Shown here one piece after another: positions 6,228-15,357 of a DNA stretch of 64,000 bases. The notes under the pieces are model-generated. The model saw only the letters and a program-made list of their open reading frames with translations, was not told the origin of the DNA and did no database searches. Made by a program: the position numbers and the translations under genes. Origin of the DNA: Candidatus Nealsonbacteria bacterium. Lineage in GTDB: Bacteria; Patescibacteriota; Minisyncoccia; Minisyncoccales; JBGOYX01. The DNA lies in contig CAWFZW010000003.1 of NCBI GenBank assembly GCA_963820485.1, positions 567 to 64,566 on the forward strand. The letters run 5' to 3'. How positions within the stretch are numbered: position 1 is the first letter of the stretch; every line of letters begins with the position of its first letter.

Positions 6228-6734
6228 TTATTTTTTCTCTTCATTCGCCGAAGGTTCTTTAGTTTCTTCTTTGATTTCCGGCTCTTTTTCTTCTTTTACC
6301 TCCTCTTTTGGTTTTTCTTTTATTTTCGGTTCCTCTTTTTTTTCTTCAACTGGTTTTTTTGGGACTAATTCTTTTTTCGGAGCTTCCTCTTTCGGTTTTT
6401 CCTGCGGCACAGCAGCTTCAGTTGGTTTCACCTCAGTCTCTACAGTTTTAGCGTCGGAGGATTTTTTAGATTTTTTATGTTTCGGAATTTTTTTCCCTTC
6501 AACAATTTTTTCTGAAACTAATAAATTAAAAACTGTCGGAGAAGGTTTAGCTCCACTAGATAACCAATATTTAATCCTGTCTTCTTTTAAAACTTTTTCT
6601 TTTGTCAGAGGATTATAAAAACCAACCTCCTCCACAAAACGACCAGCCCGAGGCTTACTTTTCTTATCGGTAATCACAATTTTGAAAGATGGTTGATTTT
6701 TTTTACCTACTCTGAATAAACGTATTACTAACAT
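6228..6734 (-). CDS. rpsP: 30S ribosomal protein S16 with long Lys/Glu-rich C-terminal extension
   Basis: N-terminus MLVIRLFRVGKKNQPSFKIVITD...GFYNPL. Confidence 0.9.
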   Translation of the reverse strand: MLVIRLFRVGKKNQPSFKIVITDKKSKPRAGRFVEEVGFYNPLTKEKVLKEDRIKYWLSSGAKPSPTVFNLLVSEKIVEGKKIPKHKKSKKSSDAKTVETEVKPTEAAVPQEKPKEEAPKKELVPKKPVEEKKEEPKIKEKPKEEVKEEKEPEIKEETKEPSANEEKK

Positions 6735-6781
6735 ATGGTTTAATTTTACCGGAGCACATAAATTATTATGTGCTCGGTTTA

Positions 6782-7468
6782 TTAATGTTTAATTGCCAGG
6801 GCGTTTTCGGCGGCTTTTTCTTCGGCTTCTTGTTTTGAAGAACCTTCTCCTTTGGCAACCAATTCTTTATTCAAAAAAACGCCTACTATAAAATGTTTTG
6901 CGTGGTCTGGTCCCCATTCTTTCATAACTTTATAAATCGGAGTAATCCCTGTTTTTTCCTGGGCTATTTCCTGGAAAAGGGATTTGGCGTCTTTGAAAAG
7001 GCCTTTCTCAAGAATTTCCGGTAATTTTACGATTAATTTTTTTTCAATAAGATTTTGACAGATTTTATACCCCTGGTCAAGATAAAGCGCTCCGATTAAT
7101 GATTCAAAGGTGTTAGCCAAAATATATTGTCTTGCTTTTCCAAGTTCCTTTGCTTCTCCGCGGGAAAGCAATAAAAAATCATTTAAACCCAATTCTTTTG
7201 CCATTTCCGAAAGCATTTTAGCATTGACTAAAGCTGCCCGCCAATTGGTTAATTCTCCTTCCGCTTTTTGGGGATAATTTTTGTAAAGATATTCCGTCAC
7301 AACCAATTCCAGAACGGCATCTCCCAGAAATTCCAATCTTTCGTTATGTTCCAAATAAAAGTCCGGGTTTTCATTCAAATAAGACCTATGGCAGAAAGCT
7401 TGAATCAATAAGTCTTTATTTTTAAAAGAGATATTTAATTCTTTTTCAAGTTTGGAAAAATCTTTCAT
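6782..7468 (-). CDS. rnc: ribonuclease III
   Basis: Signature NERLEFLGDAVLE plus a C-terminal dsRBD. Confidence 0.9.
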   Translation of the reverse strand: MKDFSKLEKELNISFKNKDLLIQAFCHRSYLNENPDFYLEHNERLEFLGDAVLELVVTEYLYKNYPQKAEGELTNWRAALVNAKMLSEMAKELGLNDFLLLSRGEAKELGKARQYILANTFESLIGALYLDQGYKICQNLIEKKLIVKLPEILEKGLFKDAKSLFQEIAQEKTGITPIYKVMKEWGPDHAKHFIVGVFLNKELVAKGEGSSKQEAEEKAAENALAIKH

Positions 7469-7567
7469 TAAAAATCAGCAATGAACAATGAGCAATGAGC
7501 AAAAAATTTGATCATTAGTCACTATCCATTACTCCTTATTTTTATTATTATTTTTTTGTTCTTTATT

Positions 7568-7993
7568 TTATTCCCCGCCAATTTCTTTGAATACCGTTCC
7601 CAAGACGCCGTTGACGAATTTTCCCGAGCTTTCTCCCCCGAAATTTTTAGCCAATTCAATGGCCTCGTTAATGGCTACTTTTGGAGGCACCTCTTCTTTT
7701 TTGGCATACAATAATTCAAAAAGTCCGATTCTTAAAACATTCCTGTCAACCAAGCTGATTTGGGAAATTGGCCATTGGGGAGCGGCTTTTGAAATAATTT
7801 GGTCAATCTCAGAAAGATGCTCAACTACTCCCGTAATCAACTGCCAGACGAAGCTCGAATCTTCCAGTCCCGGCCCGAATTCTTTGATATTTCTTTCAAC
7901 GATTTCAGACAATTCATCGGGTTTTTTGCCGGAAAAATCCCACTCATAAAGGGACTGCATTACGATTGACCTTGAAAGATGTCGTGAAGCCAT
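7568..7993 (-). CDS. nusB: transcription antitermination factor NusB
   Basis: [26 protein letters not shown] motif. Confidence 0.85.
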   Translation of the reverse strand: MASRHLSRSIVMQSLYEWDFSGKKPDELSEIVERNIKEFGPGLEDSSFVWQLITGVVEHLSEIDQIISKAAPQWPISQISLVDRNVLRIGLFELLYAKKEEVPPKVAINEAIELAKNFGGESSGKFVNGVLGTVFKEIGGE

Positions 7994-7994
7994 G

Positions 7995-8279
7995 TTACTT
8001 TCGAGAAAGTTCTTCCATTGTTAACGGTTTTGCCTTGCCTCCTTCTTTTTCTTTTGACTTCATTTCTTTTTCTCTTTTCTTTCTTTCTTTTTTTGTTAAT
8101 TTTTTCAAAACGTCAATTATTTCCACTCCTTTATAATACCCGCAATTCCAGCAAATGGTATGGGGCAAAACCGGTTTTTTACATTTCGGGCACAATGATA
8201 AAGTTGGCGCTTTGGCGAAAAGGTGCATTCTTCTTTTGTTTCTTCTTGATTTGGTGTGTTTTTGTTTTGGAACAGCCAT
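7995..8279 (-). CDS. rpmF: 50S ribosomal protein L32 with Lys-rich C-terminal extension
   Basis: [17 protein letters not shown] plus CPKC...CWNC zinc ribbon. Confidence 0.85.
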   Translation of the reverse strand: MAVPKQKHTKSRRNKRRMHLFAKAPTLSLCPKCKKPVLPHTICWNCGYYKGVEIIDVLKKLTKKERKKREKEMKSKEKEGGKAKPLTMEELSRK

Positions 8280-8436
8280 TGTGGTAACACAAAATTAGTC
8301 GCGGCACGTCCCGCTTTCGGCGGGACTAACACCGCTCTTTAGAAACCCTCTGTTTCTAACGTCCCGATTTCATCGGGACTGTTTTCCTACACGGGGAAAC
8401 CGAATGGTTTCCCCGACCCCCTTCCGATGTGGAATG
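8280..8436 (-). ncRNA. E-family structured element, copy 2 (ends 2 nt before the rpmF ATG)
   Basis: Four hairpins: GGGGAAACC/GGTTTCCCC, GTCCCGAT/ATCGGGAC, TTAGAAAC/GTTTCTAA and GTCCCGC/GCGGGAC. Homologous to 1276-1438 and 53167-53326. Confidence 0.5.
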
Positions 8437-8479
8437 TTATTTAAAAAATAATTACAACTGAATTTTATGTTAGCAGAAA

Positions 8480-9151
8480 TTATTTTATTTTGCAACCCCT
8501 GATTGGCCGAAATGATTTTCGGTGAATTTTACAGGGACCGTATTTTTTTAGCATTTTGAAATGGTATTTTGTCGGATATCCTTTATGATTATTAAAACCG
8601 TATTTAGGATATTTTTTATGGTATTTTTGCATTATTCTGTCTCTGGTCACTTTAGCTAAAATGGAAGCTGCAGCGCAGGAAAAAACTTTTTCATCGGCTT
8701 TAATTATGGACTTTTGAGGAATATTTATTTTTAATCTCATGTTTCCGTCAAGAATAAGAAAATCAGGTTTTGATTTTATTTTTTTTATCGCCTTTTCCAT
8801 TGCTAATTTCGTTGCTTCTAAAATATTTATTTTATCAATCACTTTTTCAGAAACTATTCCTATCCCCCATTTAATTTTTAGTCCGCCAGGCGGCGGATTT
8901 ATTATAAGTTTAAAAAATATCTCTCTTTTTTGAGAAGAGAGTTTTTTTGAGTCTTTAATTTTTGAAAATTGGTCCGCCAGCTGGCGGATTAATTTTTGAT
9001 TTTTTAACATTACTGCTGCGGCAGTCACCGGACCTGCCAAAGGTCCTCTTCCTGCCTCATCCAGACAAGCTACTCTTTTGAATCCTTTTTTCCACAATCT
9101 TTTTTCTTCATTTAAGTTCGGGTGTTTCATAAAATTAGTAAATTTTATCAA
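8480..9151 (-). CDS. rnhB: ribonuclease HII
   Basis: CLDEAGRGPLAGPV active-site motif. Confidence 0.85.
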   Translation of the reverse strand: MIKFTNFMKHPNLNEEKRLWKKGFKRVACLDEAGRGPLAGPVTAAAVMLKNQKLIRQLADQFSKIKDSKKLSSQKREIFFKLIINPPPGGLKIKWGIGIVSEKVIDKINILEATKLAMEKAIKKIKSKPDFLILDGNMRLKINIPQKSIIKADEKVFSCAAASILAKVTRDRIMQKYHKKYPKYGFNNHKGYPTKYHFKMLKKYGPCKIHRKSFRPIRGCKIK

Positions 9152-9222
9152 AATAAAAAGGGTTTGGAAAATTCCACGTCCCTTTTAAAAATATTATTGT
9201 TTTTTTATTAAAATCGTACTTC

Positions 9223-11409
9223 TTAGGGCCAAGAGCAATTATCCGGTTGCCAAGGTGGACATTTTCCTAATAACATATAACCCCAAACGCCATAAGTGTG
9301 AGGAGGGCATCTTCCACTTAAAATGCACTCTACCATTGCTCGATGGATTTTTAATTCATTATAAGAATGCATCACTAATTTTAAATCTAATGCTTTTAGC
9401 GGTTCTTCACTTATAAGTTTTCTAATTAAATCACAAATACCACTTCCTTCGCAGATTCCTCCGCTGGGACTACTCAAAATCGATAAAATTTCATTAAGAT
9501 TGGGATGGTCAGCGCCATATTTCATTCGATATCTTAACCGATTGTTAATAAAAGAAAGTTGATACCATTTATCTAAAATACCTTTAACGTCATCGGTAGC
9601 AGTAAGTTTTGAGGGGAAACCAGCTGTTACCATCCATTCGTAAGGAATGGCGATATGCGAAGCCATTGAAGGAAAACCAGGAATAACTTTTCCATTCCAC
9701 ATAAAGTTGCACCCTCCTCCGGCGGTATCCCAACTAAATCCTGAAATAGTAATTCCGGGAGCTGTTAAACCATCTAAAGAAGGACAAGTACCAGGAGCTG
9801 GAGCACTGGTACAACCCGAAGTATCGTAAGTACAATTTTGAGTACATTCTAATTCACCGTCTGTGAAATTTGTGGAAAGATCTTTACAGTATTTTTTACC
9901 TGCTAAATCTGTTCCATCGCATTGTTCTCCAAACTCTGCTTTATTATTATGGTTACAAGTAGTCGAAGCGGCAACACATTTACCGTTACTACAAGTGCCA
10001 GGACTACAGTCATGAGTAGTTAATTTACAACTCGTTCCATCACAATACCACTCAGTTAAAGTTTTGCCATCAGTAGAACAGGAATCGGTTCCTTTAGTGG
10101 TTAAACCAGCACAAGTTGAACCTTCTTTACAAGTTCCTTTTACGTCCCAAATTTGACCGCTATCACTGTCATCACAACGTAAAGCACAACCTGATACGCA
10201 GTTAGTTACTGAAGGACAACATTCTGTACAATCAGAAGCACCTGAAATTCTACCAGAAATGCAAACCTTAGCACCGGTACAACAGCTCCCTCCTAATTGG
10301 GAGCAGGTTTTAGTTGGGGCAGCACATTCAGCAGTAGTGGTGCAGGTGTTAATCCCACAAGTATTTAGTGAGACGCAATTACCACTTATACATTCTTTAT
10401 GGGGTTTAGTTTGACCGTTAGGACAGGTAGTAGAAGGAGGAACTCCAGCAACGCATTTCCCTCCTTCACAACGGCCGGAACTGCAGCTGCGGTTCACCGA
10501 CGTACAAAATCCTGTACTTCCAACAATACATTCGTTTATGGTGGTTCCGTCGCTCCCGCATTTATCTTCACATTTCACGACGCCGCCCATGGTACATCGC
10601 CCAAATATATCCAATTTTTCACCGCCATCACTATCCTGACCCATGCACCGAGAATCATTAGACGTACACTTAGCACACCAACATTCCAAGGGAAAAATAC
10701 AGCCAGTCCCCCAAACTCCAACGCTTTGCCACTCTCTCCATTGAGAAGCACTGCAAAAAGCCCACTCGCCATTGTCGGGACTATTACAAGCGCCATTACT
10801 GGGATTGCCAATATTACATTTTCCCCCGACAAATCCTTTTGATTGGCAGTACGCCTTACATTGACCGTTATTACTTTGGGGAGCCTGACAATAATTCTTA
10901 GTACAACAAATTTGGTTTGAATGTGAATTTTTGTCGGTTGGATCGGTTACTTGAGAAGTATAATTATTTAAACCGCAAGTATAATTCTGCTGGCACCATT
11001 CCGCACCTAATTGAGCGCAGGTTTTAGTCTGAGTACTGCTGGTATTGCAGCTACCACCAAAACAGCCGTATCCTTTTGAGCAATTCCAACTTGCACATCC
11101 TCCAGAACAAACCTCATATCCACCGCTAGCAGTATCACAATCACAAAAAGCCCCCATTAATCCGCCACTCTTACAGCTAAATCTATAATGATAATTTCCA
11201 TCGCAAAAATCATAAGGACCGTCTGGGCAATCAGTACACCAATCGTTAGCACTTGCAGTTACACCCCCGGAGGTAAACGTGCGACCGCAGACATTTGAAG
11301 AAGTTAGAGCGGTTGCTGAATTATTGCCTATCAAATAAAATAAAACTCCTCCTGAAACTCCAAGGCCGATAATTCCGCTAAATAATATTATAAAAAATTT
11401 TCTTTTCAT
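9223..11409 (-). CDS. secreted or anchored hyper-cysteine-rich protein, 728 aa, with a distinct ~190-aa C-terminal domain
   Basis: N-terminal hydrophobic anchor. Cysteine-dense repeats. One stretch (FGEQCDGTD...CTQNC) resembles Myxococcus-type Cys-rich repeats. Confidence 0.6.
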   Translation of the reverse strand: MKRKFFIILFSGIIGLGVSGGVLFYLIGNNSATALTSSNVCGRTFTSGGVTASANDWCTDCPDGPYDFCDGNYHYRFSCKSGGLMGAFCDCDTASGGYEVCSGGCASWNCSKGYGCFGGSCNTSSTQTKTCAQLGAEWCQQNYTCGLNNYTSQVTDPTDKNSHSNQICCTKNYCQAPQSNNGQCKAYCQSKGFVGGKCNIGNPSNGACNSPDNGEWAFCSASQWREWQSVGVWGTGCIFPLECWCAKCTSNDSRCMGQDSDGGEKLDIFGRCTMGGVVKCEDKCGSDGTTINECIVGSTGFCTSVNRSCSSGRCEGGKCVAGVPPSTTCPNGQTKPHKECISGNCVSLNTCGINTCTTTAECAAPTKTCSQLGGSCCTGAKVCISGRISGASDCTECCPSVTNCVSGCALRCDDSDSGQIWDVKGTCKEGSTCAGLTTKGTDSCSTDGKTLTEWYCDGTSCKLTTHDCSPGTCSNGKCVAASTTCNHNNKAEFGEQCDGTDLAGKKYCKDLSTNFTDGELECTQNCTYDTSGCTSAPAPGTCPSLDGLTAPGITISGFSWDTAGGGCNFMWNGKVIPGFPSMASHIAIPYEWMVTAGFPSKLTATDDVKGILDKWYQLSFINNRLRYRMKYGADHPNLNEILSILSSPSGGICEGSGICDLIRKLISEEPLKALDLKLVMHSYNELKIHRAMVECILSGRCPPHTYGVWGYMLLGKCPPWQPDNCSWP

Positions 11410-11411
11410 AA

Positions 11412-12056
11412 TTAAAAACCGAATAAACTATCTATTTCGCCTTTTATCTTCGATCCAGTCTGAAGCGTAGAATCACCTATTTGAGCCATCATGCCGGGAT
11501 TTGATAAAAGTTGGGAAAGGGAAACAGCCGGATCGTGTGGCCAGTCCGTAGGAGGTTGAGTTATTTCTTGACAATCGGTGACAGAAAAACAACAATCAAT
11601 ACAGTCAGAAGCGCCTGAAATTCTACTGACAGGATTGCAAATTTTATCTGAAGGACAACAAGTTCCGTTTAATTGAGAACAGGTTTTAGTGGCAACGGGG
11701 GTGCCGTTCTGAGCAATCGGTTTCTCTATCCCCATAACATTCATCAAAATAGTCGGGATGGCGGCCGCAAAAATCACGACTGCAATCCCAATCACTCCAT
11801 AAAATAGGGTTTGTTTAGCTTTAGCTATTTTATCAGGTGCACCAGCCGAAGTTAAAAATTGAAAAGCCCCTACCAATACCACGATTATAGCAATAGGAGC
11901 TAAAAATAAATAAGCAAATTTTCTAATTGAATCGAAAATCTCAAAAAGACTTTGAAATTTGGTATATGGCCCAAACTCTATTGCATTAGTTAAAAAGGGA
12001 ATTAAAAAAAGAAAAAGTAAAACTAAGATTAAATTAAATACTGGAAATTTTCTCAT
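11412..12056 (-). CDS. TrbC/VirB2-like (T4SS-pilin-like) membrane protein with a Cys-rich C-terminal extension
   Basis: Signal peptide plus two helices flanking FLTSAGAPDKIAKAKQTLFYGVIGIAVVIF, then TKTCSQLNGTCC...DCIDCCFSVTDC. Confidence 0.55.
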   Translation of the reverse strand: MRKFPVFNLILVLLFLFLIPFLTNAIEFGPYTKFQSLFEIFDSIRKFAYLFLAPIAIIVVLVGAFQFLTSAGAPDKIAKAKQTLFYGVIGIAVVIFAAAIPTILMNVMGIEKPIAQNGTPVATKTCSQLNGTCCPSDKICNPVSRISGASDCIDCCFSVTDCQEITQPPTDWPHDPAVSLSQLLSNPGMMAQIGDSTLQTGSKIKGEIDSLFGF

Positions 12057-12092
12057 TATCTAATTATACCAAAAACAATTGTCAAGGAAAGT

Positions 12093-12101
12093 TGTGGATA
12101 A
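12093..12101 (-). promoter_or_regulatory. perfect DnaA-box consensus TTATCCACA (an imperfect second box TTATCCCTT lies at 12125-12133, plus strand)
   Basis: Exact 9-mer match in the divergent intergenic region. Confidence 0.3.
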
Positions 12102-12138
12102 ATATTTTATTCTTGTTGAGCGGTTTATCCCTTCCTTT

Positions 12139-12168
12139 TTGATAAAAAATTCTGTAGAATGATATAAT
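12139..12168 (+). promoter_or_regulatory. dnaE promoter TTGATA-18-TATAAT
   Basis: Hexamers at 12139-12144 and 12163-12168. Confidence 0.5.
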
Positions 12169-12192
12169 CACTTAAACTAAGGTTTTTTAATT

Positions 12193-15100
12193 ATGGCGAA
12201 TTTTACCCATTTACACGTTCATTCGCACTATTCCCTTTTAGACGGTCTGCCAAAAATTGATGAAATTTTAGATTATTGCCAGAAATTAGGAATGGATTCA
12301 GTGGCTTTGACTGACCACGGGGTTATCTATGGAGCAGTAGAATTTTATAAAAAAGCAAAAGAAAAAGGAATTAAACCCATAATCGGAGCTGAAATGTACC
12401 TGGCTTTTGAGAAAATGACTCAAGAAAGGCCGAACATTGATGATAAAAGATACCATTTGATTTTGTTGGTTAAAAATGAGTTGGGTTATAAGAATTTAGT
12501 AAAATTAATTACCAAAGCTCATTTAGAAGGATTTTATTACAAACCGAGAATTGATGAAGAATTATTGGCCCAGCATTCGGAAGGCTTAATTTGTTTGTCG
12601 GCTTGTTTTGCGGGAAAAGTTCCCCAATTGATTTTGGCGAATAAAATAGAAGAGGCAGAAAAAACTGCTCTTTTTTATAGGGAAATTTTTGGCAAAGATA
12701 ATTTTTATTTGGAAATTCAGCATCATCCAAACATAGAAGAACAGAAAAAAATCAACAAAGGATTAGTTTCTCTTTCTAAAAAATTAAAAATTCCGTTGGT
12801 CGCCACCAACGACTGTCATTATTTAAAGTCGGGAGACGCTGCGGCCCAGGATATTTTGATGCTAATTAATACGGGGGCTAAACCAGACGACCCGGAAAGA
12901 TTGACAATGGAAGCTGATGATTTTTCAATGAAAAGTCCCGAGCAAATGATAAAAGATTTTAAAGATTATCCAGAAGCGATTGAGAACAGCCAAAAGATTG
13001 TTGAGGCGTGTAATTTTCAGTTAAAACTCGGCGATATAAAACTGCCGAAATTTGAAACTCCGAATGGAAAAACAACTGATGAATATTTAAAAGACCTTTG
13101 CTTTGAAGGAATTAAAAAAAGGTACGGCCAAAATCCAACTAAAGAAGTTATTGATAGATTGAATTATGAATTGGGAGTTATTACCCAAACCGGCTTTGCG
13201 TCTTATTTTTTAATCGTCCAGGATTTTGTTAATTGGGCAAAAGAAAACAGAATCGTAGTCGGGCCTGGTCGAGGTTCAGCCGGTGGGTCTTTAGTCGCCT
13301 ATTTACTTAATATCACCAATGTTGACCCTCTCAAATATAATCTTTTATTTGAGAGGTTTTTAAATCCAGAAAGAATTTCTCTCCCTGACATTGACCTTGA
13401 TTTTGCTGACCGCAGAAGAGATGAAGTTATAGAATACGTTGCCCAAAAATACGGCAAAAACAGAGTAGCTCAAATTATTACTTTTGGGACAATGGCGGCC
13501 AGAGCCGTGGTCAGAGACGTTGGCAGAGCTTTAAGTTATCCTTACAGCGATTGCGACAAAATTGCCAAAATGATTCCTTTCGGCTTAACCTTAGACCAAA
13601 CTTTAGCTCAAGTTTCGGAATTCCGGCAGGCTTATTTATCTGACCCAAAAATTCAAAAATTAATTGATTTTGCCAAAAAACTGGAGGGTTGCGCCCGCCA
13701 TGCTTCAACTCATGCTTGTGGCGTGGTAATTTCGGCAGAACCCTTAGATAATATTGTTCCTTTCCAACATCCCACCCAAGATGATGAAGTAATAGTCACC
13801 CAATACGAGATGAAATCAATTGAAGATTTGGGACTTTTAAAAATGGACTTTCTTGGTCTCAAAAATTTAACCATCATTGAAGATACTTTATCCAGAATCT
13901 ATAAAGTCCAAGGCAAGAAAATTGACATTGAAAATATTCCTTTAGACGACAAAGAGGTTTACAAATTATTTCAAAAAGGAGAAACAATCGGCGTCTTCCA
14001 ACTGGAATCGGACGGAATGAGAAGATATTTGAAGCAATTAAAACCAACCGAATTTGAAGACATTGTCGCCATGGTGGCTTTGTATCGTCCCGGTCCCATG
14101 GCTTTAATCCCTGATTACATTGAGGGAAAATATAAGAAAAAAAGAATAGAATACTTGCATCCGAAATTAAAGCCAATTTTGGAATCAACTTACGGAATTT
14201 GCGTTTATCAAGAACAGGTGATGAAAATCGCCCAAGAGTTAGCCGGTTTTTCTTTAGCTGAAGCTGATATTTTAAGAAAAGCTATCGGTAAAAAAATCAG
14301 AAAGCTATTGATGGACCAAAAAGAAAAATTTATTGGAGGTATGGTAAAAAACGGAATTCAAGACGATATCGCCCAAAAAATTTGGAATTGGATTGAGCCT
14401 TTTGCCAAATACTCTTTTAACCGCTCTCACGCCGCAGCTTATGCTTTAATTGCTTATCAAACCGCCTATCTTAAAGCTCATTTTCCGGTTGAATTTATGG
14501 CTTCCCTTTTAACGTCGGAAAAAGCCGACGTAGAGAGAGCCGGATTTTTAATATCAGAATGCAAGAAAATGGGACTTGAAGTTTTACCTCCGGACGTTAA
14601 CGAGAGCTTGGCAAATTTCACAGTGGTTGGGCCCAGAAATATCCGTTTTGGACTTACGGCCATAAAAAATGTCGGCTGGAACGTGGTGGAAGCGATTGTA
14701 AAAGAAAGAAAAAACACAGGCCCATATCAATCTATATTTGATTTTATCAGCCGAGTGAACTCAAAAGATTTAAATAAAAAATCCCTTGAAAGCTTGATTA
14801 GAGCTGGGGTTTTTGATAAATTAGCCGAGAGAAGGCAGCTGTTAGATAACTTAGAAAGGTTGCTGGAAACAGCCAGAGAAACCCAAAAGACAAAATCTAA
14901 CGGACAGAAAGGTCTTTTTGATGAAACAACCCATAATACAAATTTCCAACTTGTTTCAGTTAAACCAGCGACTGAAGCTGAAAAATTAAATTGGGAAAAA
15001 GAATTACTGGGTCTTTTTGTCACTTCTCATCCTTTGGAAAATTTTAAAAATGTCATCGCCAAGAAATCATTAACCATCGATAAAGTAAAAAATAGTTTTA

Positions 15101-15357
15101 TAAATCGGAACGTTAAAATCTGCGGAATTGTCTCTTCAATCAAAAAAATTATTACCAAAAACGGAAGGCCGATGCTTTTCGTCGGACTGGAAGACCTTAA
15201 TGATAAAATTGAAGTGATTGTTTTTCCAGGGGTAATTGAAAGAAATCCGGCCGCTTTCCAGGAAAATAAAATTGTCTTTGTTTCCGGAAGAGTTGACAAC
15301 CGAGACGGCGTCCCGAAATTAATTTGCGAAAATATTGAAGAAATTAAAGAAATATGA
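12193..15357 (+). CDS. dnaE: DNA polymerase III alpha subunit
   Basis: PHP domain HLHVHSHYSLLDG, polymerase core and C-terminal OB fold. 1054 aa, intact. Confidence 0.95.
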   Translation: MANFTHLHVHSHYSLLDGLPKIDEILDYCQKLGMDSVALTDHGVIYGAVEFYKKAKEKGIKPIIGAEMYLAFEKMTQERPNIDDKRYHLILLVKNELGYKNLVKLITKAHLEGFYYKPRIDEELLAQHSEGLICLSACFAGKVPQLILANKIEEAEKTALFYREIFGKDNFYLEIQHHPNIEEQKKINKGLVSLSKKLKIPLVATNDCHYLKSGDAAAQDILMLINTGAKPDDPERLTMEADDFSMKSPEQMIKDFKDYPEAIENSQKIVEACNFQLKLGDIKLPKFETPNGKTTDEYLKDLCFEGIKKRYGQNPTKEVIDRLNYELGVITQTGFASYFLIVQDFVNWAKENRIVVGPGRGSAGGSLVAYLLNITNVDPLKYNLLFERFLNPERISLPDIDLDFADRRRDEVIEYVAQKYGKNRVAQIITFGTMAARAVVRDVGRALSYPYSDCDKIAKMIPFGLTLDQTLAQVSEFRQAYLSDPKIQKLIDFAKKLEGCARHASTHACGVVISAEPLDNIVPFQHPTQDDEVIVTQYEMKSIEDLGLLKMDFLGLKNLTIIEDTLSRIYKVQGKKIDIENIPLDDKEVYKLFQKGETIGVFQLESDGMRRYLKQLKPTEFEDIVAMVALYRPGPMALIPDYIEGKYKKKRIEYLHPKLKPILESTYGICVYQEQVMKIAQELAGFSLAEADILRKAIGKKIRKLLMDQKEKFIGGMVKNGIQDDIAQKIWNWIEPFAKYSFNRSHAAAYALIAYQTAYLKAHFPVEFMASLLTSEKADVERAGFLISECKKMGLEVLPPDVNESLANFTVVGPRNIRFGLTAIKNVGWNVVEAIVKERKNTGPYQSIFDFISRVNSKDLNKKSLESLIRAGVFDKLAERRQLLDNLERLLETARETQKTKSNGQKGLFDETTHNTNFQLVSVKPATEAEKLNWEKELLGLFVTSHPLENFKNVIAKKSLTIDKVKNSFINRNVKICGIVSSIKKIITKNGRPMLFVGLEDLNDKIEVIVFPGVIERNPAAFQENKIVFVSGRVDNRDGVPKLICENIEEIKEI

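Noticed and set aside
6040-6618. Plus-strand ORFs 5790..6047 and 6040..6618, and similar long antisense ORFs (7587..7949, 10399..10842, 32517..33044, 44864..45244, 46421..46768 and others)
   Set aside because: They are mirror ORFs opposite well-supported genes, with low-complexity composition and no start signals.
7470-7500. Short tandem heptamers (CAATGA x3) upstream of rnc, and TTTTGAT-type repeats in trmD (1880-1920), considered as a CRISPR-like or regulatory array
   Set aside because: Only 3-4 short units with no spacer architecture. This is ordinary low-complexity AT-rich sequence. No CRISPR array exists in the window.
12057-12192. Replication origin at the strand-switch point
   Set aside because: There are only two DnaA-like boxes and no AT-rich unwinding repeats that I could define. 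Orientation switches back after 8.6 kb, and dnaA/dnaN are not adjacent.
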